NCBI GenBank assembly: GCA_964415615.1
Contig: CAYQAW010000004.1
Span: 21,543 to 85,542, forward strand
Direction: 5' to 3'
From: an uncultured Gammaproteobacteria bacterium
Lineage (GTDB): Bacteria; Patescibacteriota; Microgenomatia; Daviesbacterales; UBA10151
Length of the DNA stretch: 64,000 bases
In this document: one piece after another, positions 53,839 to 62,808 of the stretch
How the letters are laid out: every line of letters begins with the position of its first letter
Numbering within the stretch: position 1 is the first letter of the stretch
The notes under the pieces: model-generated
Database searches by the model: none
What the model saw: only the letters and a program-made list of their open reading frames with translations
Told to the model about the DNA's origin: nothing
Made by a program: the position numbers and the translations under genes

Positions 53839-55253
53839 TATGGTTTATTTTGGGAATTGGTTTAATCCTCCGCCTTATTAGTTTAAATCAGAGCTTATGG
53901 CTGGATGAGGCCATTAATATTGTTGCTTCACAGAAATTTTCCTTTTTGGGGATAATAACTCAATATGCTGTTGCTGATTTTCATCCACCCGGATGGTTTG
54001 CTATTCTATGGATTTGGGGGAGAACTTTTGGTTATTCAGAGATTGCAATGAGATTGCCTTCTGTCATTTTTGGCGTAGTAACAATATATGTAACTTATCT
54101 TCTTGGTAAAAAGTTAATCTCTAAAAATCTAGGACTTTTGGCAGCATTACTTATTGCTATTAACCCTTTGCATATTTATTACAGCCAAGAGGCAAGAATG
54201 TATGCATTGGCAACGCTTGCTGTTGCTATAAATATTTTCCTGTGGGTTAAAATATTGAAGGATGAAAAAGTTAGTATATGGTTACTGGTATCAAGCAACT
54301 TGTTAGTTTTGTCTTCAGACTATGTGTCATATTTAATTTTTCCCGCCCAATTTATATTGCTTATTTCTTCTAAGAGAAAGTTCATTAAGATATGGGTTAT
54401 AGGGTTGCTTGGCGCTGTATTGCTGATGATTTGGTGGTTACCTATATTTTTGAAACAATTATCAGTAGGGTCTGTGGCATCTGCTAATTTACCAACTTGG
54501 AAGTTTGTAGTGGGAGGATTTGATCTAAAGGCTATTCCTCTAACTTTTGTAAAATTCATTATAGGTAGAATTAGCCTGGCTGATAAATTTCTATACTTAC
54601 TGTTTTTAGCGCCGGTCTGTTCGTTATTTTTGTTTCTTTTATTTAGAGGAATTAAATTAATAAAAGGTATTAACCGCTTTCTTTTAATATTATGGATTAG
54701 CATCCCTGTTCTCTTGGCTAGCCTGAGTTCACTGATAATACCTATCTACAGCTATTTTAGGTTGATGTTTACTCTGCCGATATTCTTACTTTTGACTGCT
54801 TTAGGCGTTATCTCTTTTAAATCTAAATTAAGATATTTATTTTTGGGAACAGTAGTATTTATTCAATTACTATCTGTTTTATTGTATCTTTTCAATGGTG
54901 CATACCAAAGAGAAGATTGGCGGGGATTAGTGAGTTATCTCAAATCAGTTAATCAGGAGCCAATAGTATTGTTCGAGAGTTCGGGAACTTTACCTCCGTT
55001 TGATTATTATGCTAAAAATGAGATAAATGCGATAGGAGCTCTTAAAGACTTTCCTGCTAAAAATATAGGGGATGTAATTGATTTAAAAACAGCATTAAAA
55101 GGATCAACTGATATTTTTCTGGTTAATTACTTAATTGATATTAGTGATCCTAATAGATTGGTTGCTCAAATGCTAGATGAGTCAGGATATAGTTTGTTTG
55201 ACACAAAAGACTTTAACGGAGTAGGCTTTGTGTACCATTATGTTAGGAAATAA
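53835..55253 (+). CDS. GT39/GT83 (PMT/ArnT-like) GT-C glycosyltransferase
   Basis: SLWLDEA, DFHPP, RLPSV..G, P.H.YYSQEARMY, REDWR; ATGA overlap at the start. Confidence 0.85.
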   Translation: MIWFILGIGLILRLISLNQSLWLDEAINIVASQKFSFLGIITQYAVADFHPPGWFAILWIWGRTFGYSEIAMRLPSVIFGVVTIYVTYLLGKKLISKNLGLLAALLIAINPLHIYYSQEARMYALATLAVAINIFLWVKILKDEKVSIWLLVSSNLLVLSSDYVSYLIFPAQFILLISSKRKFIKIWVIGLLGAVLLMIWWLPIFLKQLSVGSVASANLPTWKFVVGGFDLKAIPLTFVKFIIGRISLADKFLYLLFLAPVCSLFLFLLFRGIKLIKGINRFLLILWISIPVLLASLSSLIIPIYSYFRLMFTLPIFLLLTALGVISFKSKLRYLFLGTVVFIQLLSVLLYLFNGAYQREDWRGLVSYLKSVNQEPIVLFESSGTLPPFDYYAKNEINAIGALKDFPAKNIGDVIDLKTALKGSTDIFLVNYLIDISDPNRLVAQMLDESGYSLFDTKDFNGVGFVYHYVRK

Positions 55254-56586
55254 AATAGCAGTAATTTTTTTGACATTGATAATAATATCTCATGCTTTTA
55301 TCTTAACAAAGATAATTTTCTTTCCGTATCCAGAACTTTTTATATATCCATATTTGACTAATCATGGACTTAAGCCCTATGCACAAATTTTAGATCAACA
55401 TTTTCCAGGACTAATGTTTTTACCTCTCAACTTTGATAATTTGGGAATGAATAATGAGGTAGCAGCACGGGTATGGTTGATAGGTATAGTAATTATAACC
55501 CAAGTCCTATTATTTTTTATTGCGAGGCATTTTATAAAGAGTAACTATAAAGCCCTGCTGGTAAATGTACTGTATCTGGCTTGGCAGCCGTTTTTTGAAG
55601 GATGGAACTTATGGATAGACAATTTTTTACCTATTGTTTTATTGCCAGCTTTTTACTCTGTATATAAAAAGAAATTCATTTTTACAGGAGTACTTATAGG
55701 GATGGGAGTAATATTTAAGCAGACTCTTATTCCTTTATCTATTTTAGTTTTATTCTATATATTTTGGTCAGAAAGAAATCTAAAAATGGGATTAAAGTAT
55801 CTTTTGGGAGTAATTCCACCGGTAGCTTTAATGGTCTTATATTTTGTTGATATTGGTGTATTTCCGGATTTCTGGTATTGGACTGTTGTTTTTAATCTGA
55901 CTATTTATGCTGCAGCTGGTACACAAATACCTACCAGTATCGGTTTCATTTCCCGAGTTTTGTTTGTTTACGCAGCTTCTTTATTTTCTATTTTTTTCAA
56001 ACATAAACGACTTGTAATTATTTTCTTAATGTTTTTAACAGGTTCTTTAGTTGGAGCATTTGATCGGGCAAATTTTGTACATTTTCAGCCATCTTTGCCT
56101 CTTGCTATTTTGGGAACAGTTCTGGGTTTTTTCTCACTTCCCAAAAAGAAAATGATCTTATCGTTTGGCTTGTATTTAGTAGTGTTAATATGGTGGCAGA
56201 ACATTTTCTATAAAGGGCATATTTCTAATAAAGTGTTATTCTTTGATCAACAAACTTATGCCTTGGCAAATAAGATCAAAAAATACACTAAGCCTGGTGA
56301 GAAGATCTTTGTGTTTGGAGCTGCTCCTCATTTGTATCAAATGTCGCAAACTTTACCTGCTGGTAATGTTTTTGTTTTTCAGTTTCCCTGGTTTTTGAAA
56401 GTAGCGCAGGAGAGGATACTTGAGGGAATTAAACTAGATCAACCGGAAATTATAGTAGCAGATAGAACAGCGGAAACTGAGAACATTAAGATTACTGATT
56501 TTGCTAAGGATCTTGATCAATATATTCAAAAAAATTATCAAGTAATTGATAGTGTTGGAACTGCAGAGATTTTGCATAGGAGGTAA
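55240..56586 (+). CDS. Polytopic membrane protein, putative GT-C glycosyltransferase
   Basis: G.KPY..I.DQHFPG in the first loop, FKQT, HFQP.LP, soluble C-terminal domain. Confidence 0.65.
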   Translation: MLGNKIAVIFLTLIIISHAFILTKIIFFPYPELFIYPYLTNHGLKPYAQILDQHFPGLMFLPLNFDNLGMNNEVAARVWLIGIVIITQVLLFFIARHFIKSNYKALLVNVLYLAWQPFFEGWNLWIDNFLPIVLLPAFYSVYKKKFIFTGVLIGMGVIFKQTLIPLSILVLFYIFWSERNLKMGLKYLLGVIPPVALMVLYFVDIGVFPDFWYWTVVFNLTIYAAAGTQIPTSIGFISRVLFVYAASLFSIFFKHKRLVIIFLMFLTGSLVGAFDRANFVHFQPSLPLAILGTVLGFFSLPKKKMILSFGLYLVVLIWWQNIFYKGHISNKVLFFDQQTYALANKIKKYTKPGEKIFVFGAAPHLYQMSQTLPAGNVFVFQFPWFLKVAQERILEGIKLDQPEIIVADRTAETENIKITDFAKDLDQYIQKNYQVIDSVGTAEILHRR

Positions 56587-56595
56587 AATAATTAC

Positions 56596-57621
56596 GTGGA
56601 TAAAAAAATACGAGTTGGAATGGATATATCACAACTAGCTCATCAGGGAGGGGTTATTAGTTATACTAAGCAAATTGCTGAAGGACTAGGCCATATTAGC
56701 AATTTAGATATGGTCTATTTTTATTCTTCCTTAAGACAGATCTATAAAGGCAATCTAAAAAATGTGAAATCTTTTAGATTGCCTCCGACTTTTTTTGAAA
56801 TGCTTTTTAATAGCTGGAGGAATGTTAATATTGAAAGATTTATTGGCCCGATTGATATTTTCCATAGTTCTGATTGGGTCCAGCCTCCAAGTAAAGCAAA
56901 AAAGGTTACTACTTATCATGATGTGGTACCTTTAAAATACCCTCAATGGTCACACCCTAAAATAGTGGCCGTACATAAAGAAAGATTGAAAATAGTTGAA
57001 GAAGAAATTGATATGGTGATAGCTGTTTCAGAATCTACAAAGAGAGATTTGTTGGAAATTTCTACAATACCTGAAGAAAAAATAATAGTAATTTATGAAG
57101 GAGTAGGAGAACAATTTAAACCACAATCCGAAGATGATATAAAACTATTTAGACAAAAGTACAATTTGCCAGAAAAATTTATTTTAGCTATAGGTGGAGT
57201 TGGCGAAAGGAAAAACTTAACGAGAGTCAAGAAAGCAGCTGGGAAATATAATTTAGTTATTGCTGGAGTAACTATTCCTTGGGTATCATCTGATGAGTTA
57301 CCACTTCTTTACAGCTCAGCTGAGATGTTATTGTATCCATCATTATATGAAGGTTTTGGTTTGCCAGTTTTGGAGGCAATGGCTTGTGGTATACCGGTTA
57401 TTACATCAAATGTATCAAGTATGCCAGAAGTTGGTGGAGATGCAGTGATTTATGTTGATCCATTAAATACTGATGATATATCGGAGAAATTAAAAGAACT
57501 CTTAATAAGAAGAGACTTAACGAAGGACGTGATAATAAAGGGATTCGAACAAGTCAAAAAATTCTCCTGGGAGAAAGCTACTGAAGAAATGTACTCAGTT
57601 TATAGGAAACTTATCAGTTAA
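56596..57621 (+). CDS. Glycosyltransferase family 4 (WbaZ/MtfB-like)
   Basis: TYHD, AVSESTK.D, RKNL, YPSLYEGFGLPVLEAMACG.PV, FSWE. Confidence 0.93.
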   Translation: MDKKIRVGMDISQLAHQGGVISYTKQIAEGLGHISNLDMVYFYSSLRQIYKGNLKNVKSFRLPPTFFEMLFNSWRNVNIERFIGPIDIFHSSDWVQPPSKAKKVTTYHDVVPLKYPQWSHPKIVAVHKERLKIVEEEIDMVIAVSESTKRDLLEISTIPEEKIIVIYEGVGEQFKPQSEDDIKLFRQKYNLPEKFILAIGGVGERKNLTRVKKAAGKYNLVIAGVTIPWVSSDELPLLYSSAEMLLYPSLYEGFGLPVLEAMACGIPVITSNVSSMPEVGGDAVIYVDPLNTDDISEKLKELLIRRDLTKDVIIKGFEQVKKFSWEKATEEMYSVYRKLIS

Positions 57622-59148
57622 ATGATTAAATTACTTTGGAAAAGGAAAATATTGTTTTTTATTATTGTTTTAATTTGCTTTGCAGCTTTTCTCAGATTTT
57701 ATAATCTTTCAAATATTTATATATTTAACTTTGATGAAGAATATCAAGCTACGTATGCAATGACATTGGTAAAACATTTGCATCCGATTTGGATAGGTGT
57801 AAGCGCAGGGTTTGTGGATTTTTACATGGGTCCTTATTTTACTTACTTTACCGCTTTTTTTCTTTGGCTTTCTAAAGGAGATCCTTTAATTACAGCATAT
57901 GTTGCAGGTCTAACCGGAGTAGTAACATCGGTAGTTGTATTTTTAGTGGGAAGGAAGTTTTTTAATTTGACTACTGGAGTTATTGGTTCGCTGCTTTATG
58001 CAGGATCACCACTGATAGTTTTTTATGATCAAAAATATTGGAATCCAATGTTTGTTCAGCTAATAGTACTTTTGATGTTTGTATCAATTATGCTTATAAG
58101 GAAATCTGCCTGGTGGTGGGTTTTGTATGCAGCTTTGGTTGGTGTTATTTTTGAGACTGATTTGTTGCCGATACCGCTAGTATTAATCGGTATCTGGCTT
58201 TTCATAAAAGGAAAATATTTTTTGAACAAAAAGTTAGTTTTGGCTTGTGTAATGATTTTTATATTACTCTATTGGCCTCTTCTAGTATTTGACTATGTTC
58301 ATAACTTTAGCAATTTAACTATTTTGGGCCGTTATAGCGAGCAAGCAAAAAAAGTTGGGGCAAAAATTGAACCCCAGAAAAAAATACTTTCAATTGTAGA
58401 TACTATGGGGAGGTTATGGTATTTAAAACCAGGAAGTTCAAATGCTGATGAAATAAGTACAGCTTGTTATGCATTATCAGCAAAGCCAGAGGCTAGTTTT
58501 ATAACAAAATATACCCAAAGGACAGTTCCCAATTTGGGATTAATAATATTATCTATTGGTTTGCTTTTATCCTTTTTATTCATTAGTTTTAAGGTTAAGA
58601 ATAAAGCTTATCATCTTTTGGCGTGTTTTATATTACTCTCGCTTGGATTTTACATATTTTATTCCGGAGGTTCATTTGAGTATTATCTTCATGGTTTTGT
58701 GACATTATTCATCTTTACTCCGGGGATTGTTATTAGTCAGGTATATAAAAAATACAGGCCATTATTTTACCCTTTAGTAGGAATTGTATTAATATTGGGA
58801 ATCTATACAGTATTAAATACTTCAGATAGTTTTAGTTTAGGCGCTAAAAAGAAATTAATTACGAAAGTTATGAATGTGGTATCAGATCAAAAGTTTTCAA
58901 TTGATGGACGAGGTGCTTGTCATAATTGGGAAGGGTGGAGATATCTATTTAAGGTTTACGGAAAGACACCTGCCAGCAGCTATACTGATCAAAATTTTGA
59001 ATGGTTGTATCCTCAAGAAGTTTATAAAGGTAAAGTTTCTTATGAGGTGATTCTTGCGGAATCAAGAATACCTTTTGATAAAGATATGAGTGGATACGAT
59101 AGAATAGACGAAGGAGGCTATTCGGCTTATATCAGAAAAACTCAATGA
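57622..59148 (+). CDS. ArnT/PMT-like GT-C membrane glycosyltransferase
   Basis: LRFYNL..FNFDEE, IG......YMGP.F.Y, WNP, many TM segments. Confidence 0.78.
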   Translation: MIKLLWKRKILFFIIVLICFAAFLRFYNLSNIYIFNFDEEYQATYAMTLVKHLHPIWIGVSAGFVDFYMGPYFTYFTAFFLWLSKGDPLITAYVAGLTGVVTSVVVFLVGRKFFNLTTGVIGSLLYAGSPLIVFYDQKYWNPMFVQLIVLLMFVSIMLIRKSAWWWVLYAALVGVIFETDLLPIPLVLIGIWLFIKGKYFLNKKLVLACVMIFILLYWPLLVFDYVHNFSNLTILGRYSEQAKKVGAKIEPQKKILSIVDTMGRLWYLKPGSSNADEISTACYALSAKPEASFITKYTQRTVPNLGLIILSIGLLLSFLFISFKVKNKAYHLLACFILLSLGFYIFYSGGSFEYYLHGFVTLFIFTPGIVISQVYKKYRPLFYPLVGIVLILGIYTVLNTSDSFSLGAKKKLITKVMNVVSDQKFSIDGRGACHNWEGWRYLFKVYGKTPASSYTDQNFEWLYPQEVYKGKVSYEVILAESRIPFDKDMSGYDRIDEGGYSAYIRKTQ

Positions 59149-60233
59149 AAATAGCGCTAGATGGATATGAGGCAAATGTTTCTCAAAGACTGGGGTCATC
59201 TCGGGTGGCTTTTGAGTTGCTAAAAAGTCTGGAAAAAATTGACAGTAAAAATGACTATACATTTTTGTTACCTACTCCCCCGCTTGCAGATTTACCAAAG
59301 GATAGAGAAGGTTGGAAGTACAAAATTTTAAAGCCCAAAAAGCTTTGGACAAGGATTGCGCTGCCTATATTTTTATATACAGCAAAACAAAAACCAGATA
59401 TATTTTTTTCTCCGACACACTATATTCCAAGATTTGTGCCAGCATCAATTAAAAAGGTTGTCACAATATTTGATTTGTCTTTTTTGCACTTTCCGGAGAT
59501 GTTTACAAGCCGCGATTTATGGCAGCTTACAAACTGGACTAAATTTTCTGCAAGTCAAGCTGATCATATAATTACAATTTCTGAGTTTTCTAAACAGGAT
59601 ATTATTTCCCAATACAAAATAGATAAAAATAAAATTACAGTTGCTTATCCTGGTTTTGATAAAGAAAATTACAAGCCTAAAGGTAAAAAACCAGGTAATT
59701 ACATAATATATATAGGGACTATTCAGCCAAGAAAAAATTTAATCAGACTGATGGAGGCTGTTTCCAGGATAGAAAATCTCAATTTAATTATTGTTGGTAA
59801 GACTGAAGGTGAAGGTAGGCAGGGGTGGATGTATGAGGATATTTTACAGACTCCTAAAAAATTAGGCATAGAGGATAGGGTAAAATTTTTAGGGTTCATA
59901 CCAACTGCAGAATTAAAAATACTTTTGTCAGGAGCAGCAGCTTATATACAGCCTTCTTTATGGGAAGGATTTGGTATTCCAGTGGTGGAAGCGATGGCTA
60001 CAGGTGTACCAGTTCTTGTTTCTAATGATTCATCTTTGCCTGAGGTGGTAGGGAAGGCGGGATTACTCTTTGATCCATATTCTGTTGATCAAATAGAGCA
60101 GGCAATCAGAACTATTGTGGCTGATAATAAATTAAGAGAGAAATATTCAAAAGCAGGAATCATTCAGGCCCAAAAATTTTCCTGGGATAAAATGGCAGAG
60201 ATAGTTTTAAAAGTGTTTGGAGATACGGTATAA
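59145..60233 (+). CDS. Glycosyltransferase family 4 (WbaZ/MtfB-like)
   Basis: [44 protein letters not shown]. Confidence 0.93.
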   Translation: MKIALDGYEANVSQRLGSSRVAFELLKSLEKIDSKNDYTFLLPTPPLADLPKDREGWKYKILKPKKLWTRIALPIFLYTAKQKPDIFFSPTHYIPRFVPASIKKVVTIFDLSFLHFPEMFTSRDLWQLTNWTKFSASQADHIITISEFSKQDIISQYKIDKNKITVAYPGFDKENYKPKGKKPGNYIIYIGTIQPRKNLIRLMEAVSRIENLNLIIVGKTEGEGRQGWMYEDILQTPKKLGIEDRVKFLGFIPTAELKILLSGAAAYIQPSLWEGFGIPVVEAMATGVPVLVSNDSSLPEVVGKAGLLFDPYSVDQIEQAIRTIVADNKLREKYSKAGIIQAQKFSWDKMAEIVLKVFGDTV

Positions 60234-60240
60234 TCAATCC

Positions 60241-60843
60241 ATGGCTTTATTTGAAGATAGAATGGGTAAATCTTTGAGTGTCAGCGAAGCTTTGAGAAAA
60301 ATTGCTAACAGATTATTTAATTGGGTTTTAGATTTGGAGTTGTTAATTGTTGCTTTATCAGGATGCGTGCCTTCTCATTTATTCCGTCTACTTATATACA
60401 GGTTGGCTGGAATAAAAATAGGGAAAGATTCCAGGATTCATATGGGAGCCAGATTCTTTTATCTTGCAAATATACAAATAGGGACTGGAACAATTATTGG
60501 CGATCATGTTTTTTTGGATGGCAGGGATAAATTAACAATTGGTGATCATGTGGATATTGCATCTGCTGTGATGATTTACAGCAGTGAGCATAATGTAAAT
60601 TCAGAAGATTTTCATGCAATCTCCGCGCCTGTTGAAATAGAGGACTATGTTTTTATTGGCCCCAGAGCAATAATTCTGCCTGGAGTCAGGATTGGTAAAG
60701 GAGCTGTGGTTGGAGCAGGCGCGGTCGTGACTAAAAATGTTGATGAATACCAGATCGTTGGAGGTGTACCAGCTCAAGTTATAGGTGAAAGGAAATTGAA
60801 AAATCCGCATTATAAATTAGGACGGGCAAGACTTTTTCAATGA
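60241..60843 (+). CDS. Hexapeptide-repeat (LbH) acyltransferase
   Basis: IGTGTIIGD..LDGR..L.IGDHVDI, IEDYVFIG..ILPGV.IG.GAVVGAGAVVTK, GGVPA. ATG 60241 lies 6 nt after TATAAT. Confidence 0.9.
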   Translation: MALFEDRMGKSLSVSEALRKIANRLFNWVLDLELLIVALSGCVPSHLFRLLIYRLAGIKIGKDSRIHMGARFFYLANIQIGTGTIIGDHVFLDGRDKLTIGDHVDIASAVMIYSSEHNVNSEDFHAISAPVEIEDYVFIGPRAIILPGVRIGKGAVVGAGAVVTKNVDEYQIVGGVPAQVIGERKLKNPHYKLGRARLFQ

Positions 60844-61388
60844 TTAAAAAAAAATTATTCGTAGCTTTTTCGGTACTGCTTTTTGTTTATATGCTTTGGC
60901 CGGGGCCAAGCAAGATTTCCGATTTTAAATCACTTCCTTCCTCATATAAGTCAACACTGGAAGGAGATACGGTACAGATACCTAATGTGGCAGGGTATTT
61001 TTCAAATAATTTTAGAGGGTTTGTAGTTCCTTTCTATTTAAAGGATTATCAAAGTGTAAGCCATTTTCCATTTCCTCCACTAAGATTAAACCGCCCTCCA
61101 GAATACTCATGGATAGCTATAAAAAAACATACAGACAGCACTTATATAGAAGAATTAGTTTATCCCTTGAGAGATTCATTATATGTTAATGGTTTTGAAC
61201 CATTTTACTCAGACGGAAAACCAAAATTTTGGGGTTCAACTATGTTTCCAATTTCAGGTCAGAATTGGTTTACTAAAACTACAATCCGATTTTATCCATC
61301 TGGGCTGATTGTAAGACTTGTAGTGTGGTTTGGAATTACAGCTTCAATTTATTTGTTATTTAAAATGGGAAGGAAAATTTTAAACTAA
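60840..61388 (+). CDS. Hypothetical membrane-anchored protein (N- and C-terminal TM)
   Basis: 182-aa ORF coupled to both neighbours; hydrophobic termini flank a soluble domain. Confidence 0.7.
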   Translation: MIKKKLFVAFSVLLFVYMLWPGPSKISDFKSLPSSYKSTLEGDTVQIPNVAGYFSNNFRGFVVPFYLKDYQSVSHFPFPPLRLNRPPEYSWIAIKKHTDSTYIEELVYPLRDSLYVNGFEPFYSDGKPKFWGSTMFPISGQNWFTKTTIRFYPSGLIVRLVVWFGITASIYLLFKMGRKILN

Positions 61389-61389
61389 A

Positions 61390-62808
61390 ATGTTCAAATT
61401 TTTAACCCTGTCTAATATATTGCTAATTTTGATAATTTTCCTTTTTATCTTTATCCCACTGTACCCAAAATTTCCATTGCTTAATATTGCAGGAACTTTT
61501 GTGGCGATTAGGATTGAGGACTTACTAATTGGTCTAACAGTCTTTCTCTGGGGGGTTTATATGGTGTTATCAAATCAGTTAAGAGATCTTTTGCGAGATA
61601 AATTGACTAAGGCTATATTATTATTTTTCTTTATTGGCGCTGTTTCTACTTTCTCAGCTATTTTTTTGACTCATACGGTAATTTCTCACATCAGCTTTCT
61701 ACATTTTTTCAGGAGAATTGAATTTATGATGTTGTTGCCTATTGTGGCCAGTGTGATCAAAACTAAAAAACAACTGATTGGAATTTTAGTTATCTTATTC
61801 TTGACAGTTTTATTGGTTAATTTATATGCTTTAGGCCAGCAGTATTTGGACTGGCCGGTTATTTCTACAACTAATTCTGAATTTTCAAAAGGATTAATTT
61901 TAAGTTTAACCCCTGGCGCCAGGGTCAATTCAACTTTTGCCGGACATTATGATTTGGCAGTATTTTTGGCGATGACTATTTCAATACTGACAGCTCTATT
62001 TTTTGCAGTTAAAAAGAGGATAAAAATATTGATTGTTATGTTGGGACTGTTAACTCTTCTTATTTTGATAATGACAGCAGCCAGACTTTCTTTTGTGGCT
62101 GCTTTTATCGGGATTATTTTTGCGCTTATTTTTACAAAGAAAACAAAGTATATTCTATTTATTCTTGTCGGAGTAGCAGTTATTTTAATATATCCTTCCC
62201 AGCTTAGAGACCGTTTTATTTCAACTATTACTGTTAATCTTTTTTCTCAGGGACAAAGATATGTAGGACAAACACAGGATCAGCAAGTTAGGAGTCAGCT
62301 TAATATTCCAACACTTGCAGTGAAAACTTCAAGTACATCTGCGTCTACTTCTGCTTTTGCCAGTCCTTCCGGTAAGACAGCAACAGATATTACGCCTGGT
62401 GAACCAATTGATACTACAGAGCTGGGAGTTTACCGGTCTTTTCAAATTAGATTAAATATTGAATGGCCAAGAGCTGTAACTGCTTTTATGAAAAATCCAT
62501 TCCTGGGAACAGGCTATTCTTCTTTGGATATAGCAACGGATAATGATTTTTTAAGATCTTTGGGAGAAGTTGGATTTTTAGGAACTGCGGGATTTGTTTT
62601 AGTTCTTATAGAAATTGCAAAAAGAATATTCTCCTGCCTAAAAAATGAAGATAAACTGATTAGATTTTTTTCCGCGGGAGTATTATCTATGTTTGTCGCG
62701 TTTATTGTTAATGGATTATTTATAGATGTATTTGAGGCATCAAAAGTGGCCTCACTTTTTTGGATGATGTTAGGATTAAATCTTGCGGTATTTAAAATAA
62801 AATCATGA
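61390..62808 (+). CDS. O-antigen ligase / Wzy_C family membrane protein
   Basis: R.NSTF, T.AR, S..IR..W, NPFLGTGY, TDNDFLRSLGEVGFLG; about 12 TM; Ser/Thr-rich external loop. Confidence 0.8.
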   Translation: MFKFLTLSNILLILIIFLFIFIPLYPKFPLLNIAGTFVAIRIEDLLIGLTVFLWGVYMVLSNQLRDLLRDKLTKAILLFFFIGAVSTFSAIFLTHTVISHISFLHFFRRIEFMMLLPIVASVIKTKKQLIGILVILFLTVLLVNLYALGQQYLDWPVISTTNSEFSKGLILSLTPGARVNSTFAGHYDLAVFLAMTISILTALFFAVKKRIKILIVMLGLLTLLILIMTAARLSFVAAFIGIIFALIFTKKTKYILFILVGVAVILIYPSQLRDRFISTITVNLFSQGQRYVGQTQDQQVRSQLNIPTLAVKTSSTSASTSAFASPSGKTATDITPGEPIDTTELGVYRSFQIRLNIEWPRAVTAFMKNPFLGTGYSSLDIATDNDFLRSLGEVGFLGTAGFVLVLIEIAKRIFSCLKNEDKLIRFFSAGVLSMFVAFIVNGLFIDVFEASKVASLFWMMLGLNLAVFKIKS

